This document shows, in pieces, positions 17,013 to 24,985 of a stretch of 28,237 bases of DNA (positions are counted from its first letter, which is position 1; every line of letters begins with the position of its first letter). Below the pieces are notes generated by a model. That model made no database searches. It saw nothing but the letters and a program-made list of their open reading frames with translations, and was not told the DNA's origin. The DNA comes from a virus (taxonomy: Duplodnaviria > Caudoviricetes): positions 1 to 28,237 of IMG/VR virus record IMGVR_UViG_3300032221_000090. One strand, written 5' to 3'. A program made the position numbers and the translations under genes.

Positions 17013-17795
17013 TTAGACAAACAGACGGGTCGGCTGGCCAGACACGCTGAAGTTCAGCTCAGCAACAGTGACCTCTTCAGGCGCAACGCTCAGGCTGAAG
17101 CCCATGATCGAGATCGGAGCCTGAATGAACAGGCTCTTCGTATCGTCGGGCTTGCCAGTGCCATCGTCCACGGTGTTCACGTAGAGACGGACTTCGGCGC
17201 CGCCCTGGTTCTTCCTCATGCTGTTAGACAGCAGACGGTTGGCCAAGCTGTTCTGCTCAGAAGTGAACTGAACGCTCATCGTGCCAGTGCCGCTGGCATA
17301 GCCAGCCTGCATGGTGCGAAACGGCGCTTGGGTACTGGAAACACCGACACCGCAAGGCAGAACGGTGGTGTCCAGCTCTTCACGGCTCAGGTCGATCTGG
17401 AAGGTCTTCACCTGGCAGACGGCCGCGAACTCCGCGAAGTCGAGGCCGATGTGGTTGTCAGCTCCAGGGGTGTCAGCAGTGCCGCTACCGCCAGTTGCGG
17501 TGATGGGGATCGCTAGCCCACCGGGAGTTTCGGAAACGCTGATCGATGTCATCGTCCGAGCGACAACGTAGTAGGTGTCACCAGGGGTCAAAGCATCAGT
17601 CAGCTTGCTGTTGTCGCCCTCTTCGGTAAAGACAACAGGGTCGCCAACACGGAAGTCATTGTCCGCGGGGACCTTGATCAGAGTGCCAACAGGGAAGTCG
17701 GTGAAATCAAGCAGGCAGAACTGAGTGCCAGCTGGTTGGAACCAGATCGAACCTTCGGAGCCCGTAAGCACCGTTTGTGAACATGCGATAGGCAT
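17013..17795 (-). CDS. Major tail tube protein with an inserted beta-domain
   Basis: LTGSEGSI...[insert]...CQVKTFQIDLSREELDTT...GYASGTGTMSVQF...AELNFSVSGQP; lies upstream of the chaperone and is followed by a terminator. Confidence 0.85.
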   Translation of the reverse strand: MPIACSQTVLTGSEGSIWFQPAGTQFCLLDFTDFPVGTLIKVPADNDFRVGDPVVFTEEGDNSKLTDALTPGDTYYVVARTMTSISVSETPGGLAIPITATGGSGTADTPGADNHIGLDFAEFAAVCQVKTFQIDLSREELDTTVLPCGVGVSSTQAPFRTMQAGYASGTGTMSVQFTSEQNSLANRLLSNSMRKNQGGAEVRLYVNTVDDGTGKPDDTKSLFIQAPISIMGFSLSVAPEEVTVAELNFSVSGQPTRLFV

Positions 17796-17813
17796 TGAAG
17801 TGCCTCAGGTAAA

Positions 17814-17853
17814 CAACAGGCGGGGGCGTCTGTTGACCAGCGGGGGCACTGGC
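17814..17853 (-). promoter_or_regulatory. Tandem stem-loops with identical GCCCCC loops in the tube gene leader
   Basis: GCCAGT-GCCCCC-GCTGGT directly followed by CAACAGAC-GCCCCC-GCCTGTTG. Confidence 0.6.
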
Positions 17854-17863
17854 TTCCCTAACC

Positions 17864-18301
17864 CTACGCAACCCGAGCGGTGAAGGCGCAGCTCATCTGT
17901 GTGGCCTGATGCGGCCGCGAATCAGGTGCCAATCCATTAGGCCCGTTTATGTTCCGCGTCCGCAGGTGAACGCCGCCCTCGTTCACAAGCACCTTGTTGA
18001 CCCTCACCCATTCCTTGATCACCACCTGCATAACGTCCTCCGCTGGCTTCATGCCACGGCCCTTTGGCGTGTACAACACCAGATTGCAGGTGCCCACAAT
18101 GTTGTCCGCACCTTCGCAGCCGATCGCTTCCGTCACGGTCTGCGGGATGCTGATGTTCACCGTTGCATAGGTGCCGGCAGCGTCCTTGCTGGGTGTGTCC
18201 TGAACGTTGTCGAAACTTTGGTCAGCGAATGGCACGCCAGCCGCTGTCAGCGCATCGCTGGTCAGCTTTGCCATGGCGCCCCGCACTTGCTGGTAGCTCA
18301 T
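17864..18301 (-). CDS. Tail terminator/completion protein
   Basis: 145 aa directly before the tube; FDNV...G...LVLYTPKGRG...F.A pattern. Confidence 0.7.
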   Translation of the reverse strand: MSYQQVRGAMAKLTSDALTAAGVPFADQSFDNVQDTPSKDAAGTYATVNISIPQTVTEAIGCEGADNIVGTCNLVLYTPKGRGMKPAEDVMQVVIKEWVRVNKVLVNEGGVHLRTRNINGPNGLAPDSRPHQATQMSCAFTARVA

Positions 18302-18696
18302 AGGTCGTACTTCTCCCTAACTGCATTGGCTGCATCCTCTTGGATCTGTCCTATCTCGACGTTCACGAAGTTAAGGAACCAGTTTTTGTCCGCCTTGGCG
18401 TACTCCTCCAAAGCAAGCCGCTGAGCGTATGGCAGCGAGTTCGTCAGGTGATACGGCTTGCGGCAGTCCACACGTAACCCGTCAGCGTCGTTGTTGGGGC
18501 TATCGGTCCCCTCAGGCGCAACGTCACTACTAGCGGCACCCTCAGCCGCAAACCAACTGGACCGCAAACGGCCTGTATCCCTTGGGGTAATGGCCCCCAG
18601 CGTGCCCTGACATGTGCGAATCGTTTCGTAAACCGTGGCGTCGAGCGCCTTCTTGAGGTGCGCCTCGAGGTCCCTTGCGTTGCTGAACTTCGGCAT
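18298..18696 (-). CDS. HK97 gp10-like neck/tail-completion protein
   Basis: TPRDTGRLRSSW and NSLPYAQRL motifs. Confidence 0.8.
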   Translation of the reverse strand: MPKFSNARDLEAHLKKALDATVYETIRTCQGTLGAITPRDTGRLRSSWFAAEGAASSDVAPEGTDSPNNDADGLRVDCRKPYHLTNSLPYAQRLALEEYAKADKNWFLNFVNVEIGQIQEDAANAVREKYDL

Positions 18697-19061
18697 TAGT
18701 TCGACCTCACACGCAGCTTGAACGCAATCAGCTGGTCGCCCGCGTACTGCGGGTCGACTGCAACCACCTGCCAGGTCTTCCCTTGATAGGTCACGCTGTC
18801 AGATGTGGTCGGCACCACCGGCAACAACACATGGCTGAACCACATCAGCGCTTCATAGGTTTCAGCAACACCGCCACCCTCGAGGCGTTTCATCTCCTCG
18901 ACGCCAGCCTTGATTGCATAGGTGGCGACCGGATCGACGACGGAGCCACTCAATGGGTCGTAGACGGGGGCAGTGCTTCTGTGGCTGTAGACGCAGTTGG
19001 AGCCAAACAGCTCCACTAGATCCTTGCCTACACCGCGGAACAGCGTGTCAAAAGTGGCCAT
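18696..19061 (-). CDS. Head-closure (stopper) protein; real start ATG19061
   Basis: YDPLSG...PTTSDSVTYQGKTWQVVAVDP; TGATG coupling with the upstream gene. Confidence 0.75.
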   Translation of the reverse strand: MATFDTLFRGVGKDLVELFGSNCVYSHRSTAPVYDPLSGSVVDPVATYAIKAGVEEMKRLEGGGVAETYEALMWFSHVLLPVVPTTSDSVTYQGKTWQVVAVDPQYAGDQLIAFKLRVRSN

Positions 19062-19534
19062 CAGATCCAGCTCCGATAGGCGTAGGACTGCGTGCAAGTG
19101 CGATGCAGCACGCGACCGCTACCTGTCGGTGTCCTTAGCCAACAGCGCAGCATGTCAACCAGCCAAGGGAACGCCTGCAACACAGCAGGCCCGCTCGAGC
19201 TGACCTTCTGATCACCAGCGCCGGCCTCGAAATACTCAACACTCAGGCCACCAAGCTGTGCCTTCTTGATCGTGGCGCCAGACGTGCCGCCACCCATGAT
19301 CGCGGTTGGGTTCTTGCTCAAGGCCAGAGCAAGCTCGCTCACGGCTTGCAGCCAACCGTCAGCAAATAGGCGCCCGCAGCATTCAGCGTCCTGATCGAAA
19401 CACAGGTTGCCCAGCCAACGTTGAGCCTCCGCCAGCTGAATGTCCTGATCAGTAAGCGCTGTCCACTCCGCAGTTCGCGGTGTGGTGGCGAAATAGGCGG
19501 TGGCTTCCGCCGCTGTAATTACGGGCAGCGTCAT
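19061..19534 (-). CDS. Head-tail adaptor (DnaT-like ssDNA-binding family); real start ATG19534
   Basis: ITAAEATAYF...W...L..A..W...AVSELALAL...IKKAQLGGLSVEYF...PWLVDMLRCW; TGATG coupling. Confidence 0.75.
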   Translation of the reverse strand: MTLPVITAAEATAYFATTPRTAEWTALTDQDIQLAEAQRWLGNLCFDQDAECCGRLFADGWLQAVSELALALSKNPTAIMGGGTSGATIKKAQLGGLSVEYFEAGAGDQKVSSSGPAVLQAFPWLVDMLRCWLRTPTGSGRVLHRTCTQSYAYRSWI

Positions 19535-19689
19535 CAGATGGGGACGGCAATCACGTTGTAGCCCTGACGCTGTAGACGACGCTTTAGATCGCGCGCCTGC
19601 GCAGGATCGCAATCAATCACAGGGATGAATGACTGCGGCCGCATGTGGGGCGGGAGCTTCTCGCTGGGCTCAAGGTAAAGGCGGATCAT
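19534..19689 (-). CDS. Small hypothetical protein, 51 aa (MIRLYLEP...GYNVIAVPI)
   Basis: ATG19689 is 32 nt downstream of a TAGACT box, and its stop overlaps the adaptor start. Confidence 0.6.
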   Translation of the reverse strand: MIRLYLEPSEKLPPHMRPQSFIPVIDCDPAQARDLKRRLQRQGYNVIAVPI

Positions 19690-19721
19690 TTGGAGCACCG
19701 GCCCTGCCTCGACACTCAACC

Positions 19722-19727
19722 AGTCTA
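19722..19727 (-). promoter_or_regulatory. TAGACT(G) promoter-like box
   Basis: Its TAG is the GIY-YIG stop codon; it heads the head-tail joining genes. Confidence 0.55.
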
Positions 19728-20495
19728 AGTGGCGGTTCTTTTGGCCTTTGCAGATGCACGACTGCGCTGGCCAGCCGTCATCCGCTTCCATACGGACAGC
19801 TCAATGCCGCAACGCTCTGCAGCTGCCGCCATGCGTTGGCGCGGGTTGAGCCCCATGGCAAGAAGCTCTTCTCCACGCTTGCCCGTGCGCTTATGCCTTA
19901 TGGACAGCGCTGAACGCTGCACCTCGGGCAGGCCAAACCACACACGCGGGTCAATCCCAAACCTTTGAGCCAATTCAAAGCTGCGTCTTTCCGCTTGGTT
20001 TGGGCCAAGCAAGGCTTCAGCGCCTCGAATGCCCCTGTTGTACCTGGCTCGTATGGCTGATCGCTTGTTCTCGTCAAAACTGCGCCATGTGTCTCGATCT
20101 ATGCCGTATTTGTTTGCCGCACGATCAAGGGGCGCCTGCACTCGCTTGTTAATCCATTCGGCCGTGTGCTCGACCTGCTTCAATTTTTCGCTGCGCTTTG
20201 CCAGTGTTTCAGCGGATGGGTTTGAAGCGCCTTCGCCGCCATCGGTCAAGTTGCGGAGACAGCCAGTGCCTTGGTCTTTTCGCCCTAAGCAGTAGATCAG
20301 AGCAATCTCGTATTCAAACGCCTCATCTTCAGACAGCTCGCCGACCAAGATTTTGCGGCGATCCTCAGGCGGCAACGCAATCCTTCGACTGCTTCCATGG
20401 ATTCGGTATCCGTTGCCCTTGCCGATGTAGTAGGGGGTGCCGTCCGTCCGCAGGTAGGCGTAGACGTAGAACCGGCGGTCGTTTACGGTCTTCAT
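19725..20495 (-). mobile_element. Free-standing GIY-YIG homing-endonuclease-like gene, 256 aa; likely start ATG20495
   Basis: FYVYAYLR...PYYIGKG..YR...EAFEYEIALI...LRNLTDGGEG GIY-YIG module, followed by three basic helical repeats. Confidence 0.85.
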
Positions 20496-20521
20496 GGCTG
20501 GTCGGTGATGCGACTGGTCCG

Positions 20522-20550
20522 GGAGAGGAGGGTTGCACCCCTGCCTCTCC
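20522..20550 (-). promoter_or_regulatory. Leader hairpin of the endonuclease gene, downstream of a TGnCATAAT extended -10-like box
   Basis: GGAGAGG-C-AGGG-GTGCAA-CCCT-CCTCTCC; TGGCATAAT at 20555-20563. Confidence 0.55.
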
Positions 20551-20632
20551 ATTCATTATGCCATAGGGTCTACCCCTGCGCAGGGAGAGCGCGGACGCAG
20601 GCAGACTGAGGTTGCCCTCAATCGGTCAAGCA

Positions 20633-20812
20633 ATGCCCGACGCTCCTGCCAAGGACAGCCCCGCACCTGCGGCTGCTGATGCACCTGCGCCCGCACCCAA
20701 AGAAGAACCAACACCTGCAGCACCCAAGGCATCAAAGGCTGCGCAAACCTCAACCGACTTCACAGATGAACAAGTCGTGGCGCACCTGATCACCGGCGTG
20801 CCGCTGGCATGA
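20633..20812 (+). CDS. Small Pro/Ala-rich protein, 59 aa, on the strand opposite the morphogenesis genes
   Basis: MPDAPAKDSPAP...DFTDEQVVAHLITGVPLA*; CAGACTG box 25 nt upstream; stops at the capsid terminator. Confidence 0.6.
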   Translation: MPDAPAKDSPAPAAADAPAPAPKEEPTPAAPKASKAAQTSTDFTDEQVVAHLITGVPLA

Positions 20813-20833
20813 AAAAGGCCCCCTTTCGGGGGC
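20812..20833 (-). terminator. Intrinsic terminator after the major capsid gene
   Basis: GCCCCC-GAAA-GGGGGC-C-TTTTT on the minus strand. Confidence 0.88.
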
Positions 20834-20858
20834 GTTGAACGATCGCTGCAGTGAGCGG

Positions 20859-21986
20859 TCAGTAGGCGCCACCGAAGGGGGTGTTCACCACCAGACGTGC
20901 AGCAGCGATGTTGCGCTTGTCGGTGTAGATAGACGACCAGCTGGTGTTGGTGGCCAACAATGCATTGGTCGGGTTATCAGCTCCGACGTAGCTTGTTCCT
21001 CCCAGATGGTATCCGTAGTGATAATCAACGGAGACCACATCCTCCTTCGCGAGGATATTTCTATCTGCCTCAATCCGAAGCTCCTGCTGTACACCTTCGG
21101 CGATGCTTCCGCTGCCGAGCATATAGACCGGATACTTCTTGGCGTGAGTAGCAGTGCCACCAGCGATTGCGCCGATGTTGTCGGTCACGATCACGCGCAT
21201 ACCAGCGAACCAAGCAACATTGGTGTCGGTCACGCCGATACCGCCGCCGCCCCACTTGATGCCGGTGCCACCGCTCAGGCTGTCGGAGCTGAAGGTCAGC
21301 ATCCCAGTCTGTTGCAGATAGAAGTACACCGCCGAAGGCATGACGATGGTGTTCAGCTGATCTGCGCGCTCACCCAGCACCGACTTACCCTGAATCGCTG
21401 TAGCAGCGCTCAGGAAGTTGGCGTTCGTGAGGCTGCCAGGCACCACGGCAGAGCCGATGTCAGTGCTGTTGGATGCAATCGCAGTCTTGAACAGACCCTC
21501 AAGCTGATTCAGGAGAGTGATCTCCTTGAGCTTGTTGATTGCATCAGCCAGCTGCACACGCATGGCAGCTAACGGGTCACCTCCCGAGCCCAAAACAGAC
21601 AGGTCGTCTGCGGCATACGCAAAGCCCCTGTGCATGATGGGAGCTATCTGCTTTCCAGCAGTTAGGCGCTGAGGGGTCAGATAGCCCTGGCCAGAAGTGC
21701 CCCAATCGGCAGACGATTTGATCTGCTCTTCGACAGGGTTGATTGGGCGCCAGGTAGGCACCTCAACCTTCACGCCACCAGCGCGTGCATCCAATGCGGT
21801 GTTGCGGACAACAGCGCCAGAACGCACAAACAGAGAGCGCTCGTAGATCGCCTCTTGCACGTAACCCAGGAACTCGGGTCGCGTGATGATGTCCGAAAGG
21901 AAGGTAGCTCCATAAGGAGCGGTTGCAGCAGTCACAGCGCCGCTTGAGGCGCGTGCGCTGCCGTAATTCATGAATGGCGCAGCCAT
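20859..21986 (-). CDS. Major capsid protein
   Basis: 375 aa after the scaffold and followed by a strong terminator; TFLSDII...VEVPTW...RGFAYAADDLS...GDPL...IEADRNILAKEDV...YGYH. Confidence 0.88.
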   Translation of the reverse strand: MAAPFMNYGSARASSGAVTAATAPYGATFLSDIITRPEFLGYVQEAIYERSLFVRSGAVVRNTALDARAGGVKVEVPTWRPINPVEEQIKSSADWGTSGQGYLTPQRLTAGKQIAPIMHRGFAYAADDLSVLGSGGDPLAAMRVQLADAINKLKEITLLNQLEGLFKTAIASNSTDIGSAVVPGSLTNANFLSAATAIQGKSVLGERADQLNTIVMPSAVYFYLQQTGMLTFSSDSLSGGTGIKWGGGGIGVTDTNVAWFAGMRVIVTDNIGAIAGGTATHAKKYPVYMLGSGSIAEGVQQELRIEADRNILAKEDVVSVDYHYGYHLGGTSYVGADNPTNALLATNTSWSSIYTDKRNIAAARLVVNTPFGGAY

Positions 21987-22015
21987 TGCTCTTCAGTCCT
22001 GTGGGTTAACGGTGA

Positions 22016-22783
22016 TTACCCTCTGCGTGCTTCAGCTTCAAGCGCAGCCGCCAACTCTGGGTTGCTGAGCTTGAGTGCCATGGCCTCAGTCAAGTTGCCC
22101 GATCGGAAGGGGTTGTTCATGCCAGGTGCCACGCTGCTAGTTGGCGCAGCGCCCATGCCATAACCACCAGCGGCAGGGCCGAAGTGGTGTTGCCATTCAG
22201 GTGCTTGCTTCAAGGACGCGAGGGCATCGGCCAGCGGGGTCTCGACGCCCCCGAAGAGAGCCACTGGGTTGCCTTCGGCGTCTGCTCTCAGCTGCGGCTG
22301 AAGCAACGCATAGAGCTGCGACGGATTAACAGCATTGGCTTGGCTGATCTGAGCGGTAGCAGCTGCCTTCAGGGTTTCCTGTTGGCGGCCCTGACGCTCC
22401 TGTTCAAGCAACCCTTTGGTCTCTGCGTGCGCAGCGACTTCAGCGGCGTGGGTCTTTTTCAGATCCTCGTACAGCTGCTTGAACTGCCCTTGCTCCTCAA
22501 GGGAGCGTTGAACGGTTGACTGTTGCGCAGCCTGGAGTTGCTCCATCTGCTGGCGAAGTCCTTTCAGATCTTCAACCAGCTTGCGCTTCTCACTCTGTAG
22601 CTCCTGATTCTTGGCTTTGACCAAACCAAGTTGTTGGGCTACAGCAGGATCTACGAACTCAGCCGATGCCTGGTCAGGGCGAATCGGACGATTGAGCTGA
22701 TCCGGGCTGATCTGCGAATCGCTGCCGCCCACCGGCGCGGCGCTGTCTCCACCCACTGGCGTGAAGACTTGATCGTCAGACAT
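22016..22783 (-). CDS. Capsid scaffolding protein
   Basis: Long Q/E/K coiled coil, LEEQGQFKQLYE, HHF...G.G...NNPF...NLTEAMAL...NPELA C-terminus; directly upstream of the capsid gene. Confidence 0.85.
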   Translation of the reverse strand: MSDDQVFTPVGGDSAAPVGGSDSQISPDQLNRPIRPDQASAEFVDPAVAQQLGLVKAKNQELQSEKRKLVEDLKGLRQQMEQLQAAQQSTVQRSLEEQGQFKQLYEDLKKTHAAEVAAHAETKGLLEQERQGRQQETLKAAATAQISQANAVNPSQLYALLQPQLRADAEGNPVALFGGVETPLADALASLKQAPEWQHHFGPAAGGYGMGAAPTSSVAPGMNNPFRSGNLTEAMALKLSNPELAAALEAEARRG

Positions 22784-22808
22784 GCAATACAGAAAGGGTT
22801 ACGAAGTC

Positions 22809-22832
22809 AGTCTATGGGCCTACCCCTGCGCA
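22809..22832 (-). promoter_or_regulatory. Scaffold/capsid promoter-like element TGCGCAGGGGTAGGCCCA-TAGACT
   Basis: TAGACT lies 25 nt upstream of ATG22783; the upstream 18-mer is 16/18 identical to 20565-20582. Confidence 0.6.
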
Positions 22833-22853
22833 TAGCTAGCGCTCACCATTTGA

Positions 22854-23135
22854 TCACCTCTCGGCAGGTGGGTGGAACTGCACAAGCAACGCAAGGATCA
22901 CCTCAAGCCACTTGTTGAGGTTGTTCTCCTGGCGTTGACGAACCTCAGGGCAAACGTCGGTGAACTTGATGGCGTCCTTCACCGTCGTCTCTTTGCGCAA
23001 TGTCTCCATCTCTCCGTAGAGAGCCTTTTCGCAGAACAGAAGGCTCTCGCGGTTGTTCAAAATGCTCCCCACCAACAGCATTGCCAACAGGCCCAACAAC
23101 ATGTTGGTCTGACTGATGCGGGGGAACTGCATCAA
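22854..23135 (-). CDS. Small membrane protein, 93 aa
   Basis: Hydrophobic MLLGLLAMLLVGSIL, two Cys, and a hydrophobic WLEVILALLV near the C-terminus; start overlaps the upstream stop codon. Confidence 0.65.
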   Translation of the reverse strand: MMQFPRISQTNMLLGLLAMLLVGSILNNRESLLFCEKALYGEMETLRKETTVKDAIKFTDVCPEVRQRQENNLNKWLEVILALLVQFHPPAER

Positions 23136-24577
23136 TCGCTGGTTGGGTATGCCTGCAGCTTCACCCAGGCGATGCCGTCGGAGACCAGGACCGCCCAGGC
23201 GCCGTTGGCGTTGGCAGTGATCTGGTCGGTGAGGGTGGCGTAGTCCCGGTTACTGCGGACGTTGGCCACGGTCGAACGGGCGACAGCTGTGTGGTAGTTC
23301 TTGACGTGCAGCTCGCGCCCCTTGCAGCCGACGGGGTTGGGCAGCGTGATCAATGGCTCGGTGCCGCTGGGTAGATCCAGCAGCAGTGAGTAGTCCGTGT
23401 CAGACACGATCACCGGGTTGGTGTTGACCATCCGCAACGGGTGGGTTTCGTTCTGAGAAGGGCTGAGTATTTGGTTACGGTGGACGGCTCTCCACTTGCT
23501 GATGCTGGCGTCAAAGATCAGCAGGTCGCCGTGGGTTGGGTTGGGCGCCTCAACGTCGGTGGCGCGGCTGATGTGGCTGTTGAGATCGACCGAGGCCCAC
23601 GCCTGCTGACCCAGCACAGGCGGATGCTGACCCGTGCTGGTGCCATAGATCCACACCATCACGACGTTGGGAGGGAACTTCAGCGGTGGCGGCACCAGGG
23701 AGCGCCAGATGATGCACTGCCAGGGGCGGCCCTCCCATTGGCCATAGGGCTGGTGCGTGTCAGGGTTGGCGCCCTTCACCACGAACTTCCAGACCGTCGC
23801 TGGCGTGGCGTCGTCGGTGTAGACGAGGTGGTAGGCGTATTTGCTGGCAGGAAGCGGCTGGTTGCCAGAAGGCGGTGCTGTTGTACCCAGGCCCATGGGC
23901 ACCAGGCCGAAGGTGGGCTCGCCAGCAACGTTGATGTAGAGCGTGACGCGGCCGTTCTCGTGCTGCGGCTCGATGTTGCTGTTGTCGGTCGTCGCCCTCC
24001 ACAGCTCGCCGTGGTGGATCACAGTGGCGCCCGACTCCCAGCGGTGAACCGTGTCCCACGGCTTCACATGAGCGTTGGGGGTGTTGAAGATAAACTGCTG
24101 CGCGACCGTTGACCAGATCGGCATCGTGCCCTCAGCCGGGGCACTGTGCTGGCTGACATCTGACAGATCCCGCAAGCGGGGCAACACGTTCTGCGCCGCC
24201 ACCGCGCCAGTAGTGCTGAAGGTGCTGGTGGCGACAGAGCCGCTCACACCCTGCAGGCTGATGCCGGTGCCGTTGCGTAAATAGATCGGTGAACCCCAGC
24301 CGGTGGTGGGGTTCTTTGGCCCGTAGAACGCCGCCTCAATGACGTCGTACCAGAAGTCGCCGTATTGCCCGTCTTCCATCGTCGGGGCACCTTCGCCCGA
24401 CAACACACCATTGCCGTTCTGACCATCACGACCACTCGGTCCCATCGGACCAACAGGGCCTGTCAAACCTTGTGGGCCTTGAACCTGACCGCAATCGATC
24501 AAGGTTCCATCGTTCAACCCAAGCACCAACCGGCCGCTCACCACCGCCGCAGATACAACCAAAGCGCCTTCAGCCAC
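23132..24577 (-). CDS. Collagen-repeat fibre protein with a CBM5/12-like domain (possible head fibre)
   Basis: GPQGLTGPVGPMGPSGRDGQNG; GDFWYD...FYGPK; LRDLSDV; PWDTVHRWESGATVIHHGELWRA; C-terminal ITLP...G..L.VK...LVSDGIAW domain. Confidence 0.75.
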   Translation of the reverse strand: MAEGALVVSAAVVSGRLVLGLNDGTLIDCGQVQGPQGLTGPVGPMGPSGRDGQNGNGVLSGEGAPTMEDGQYGDFWYDVIEAAFYGPKNPTTGWGSPIYLRNGTGISLQGVSGSVATSTFSTTGAVAAQNVLPRLRDLSDVSQHSAPAEGTMPIWSTVAQQFIFNTPNAHVKPWDTVHRWESGATVIHHGELWRATTDNSNIEPQHENGRVTLYINVAGEPTFGLVPMGLGTTAPPSGNQPLPASKYAYHLVYTDDATPATVWKFVVKGANPDTHQPYGQWEGRPWQCIIWRSLVPPPLKFPPNVVMVWIYGTSTGQHPPVLGQQAWASVDLNSHISRATDVEAPNPTHGDLLIFDASISKWRAVHRNQILSPSQNETHPLRMVNTNPVIVSDTDYSLLLDLPSGTEPLITLPNPVGCKGRELHVKNYHTAVARSTVANVRSNRDYATLTDQITANANGAWAVLVSDGIAWVKLQAYPTSD

Positions 24578-24601
24578 AGCGATGCCTAGGGGTATTGGCT
24601 C

Positions 24602-24607
24602 AGTCTA
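24602..24607 (-). promoter_or_regulatory. TAGACT(G) promoter-like box
   Basis: 24 nt upstream of GTG24577; its TAG is the stop codon of 24605..24976. Confidence 0.55.
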
Positions 24608-24976
24608 TTTGCGCCCTAATAAGCCAAAGATCGCCAGCCGACGCTGCAGATCAGCCTGGTCGCTTTCGTGAATACGCTCTGCCGCTCCTCGCGCCACACG
24701 ACACAAGCTGCGAAAGGTTTGCCGCATGTCGCCAACAAGGTTCACGTCCTGGCCAGCGTTCACATAGGCCAAGACTGTTGAGAGATCACCGAAAAAGCTG
24801 CGTTCTGCCTCTTCCCACTCCAGGAACGGGTAGGCACTGCGCACCTGGCGCTCGTACCACGGCACCCTGTTGGCCACCTTGATGCCGCCCATTGAGAACG
24901 CCCGCCAACCTGTGGGTTTGCGTTTTTCGTACAAACACCTGGCTTCCGCCAGCGCCTGCTCGGGGGTGTGACTCAT
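24605..24976 (-). CDS. Hypothetical protein, 123 aa
   Basis: ATG start 9 nt after the MuF stop; fills the gap in operon orientation. Confidence 0.6.
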   Translation of the reverse strand: MSHTPEQALAEARCLYEKRKPTGWRAFSMGGIKVANRVPWYERQVRSAYPFLEWEEAERSFFGDLSTVLAYVNAGQDVNLVGDMRQTFRSLCRVARGAAERIHESDQADLQRRLAIFGLLGRK

Positions 24977-24985
24977 GCAGCGACG

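Noticed and set aside
19725-20552. Group I intron or intein around the GIY-YIG gene
   Set aside because: The flanking genes are intact and there is no room for an intron core; the endonuclease is free-standing.
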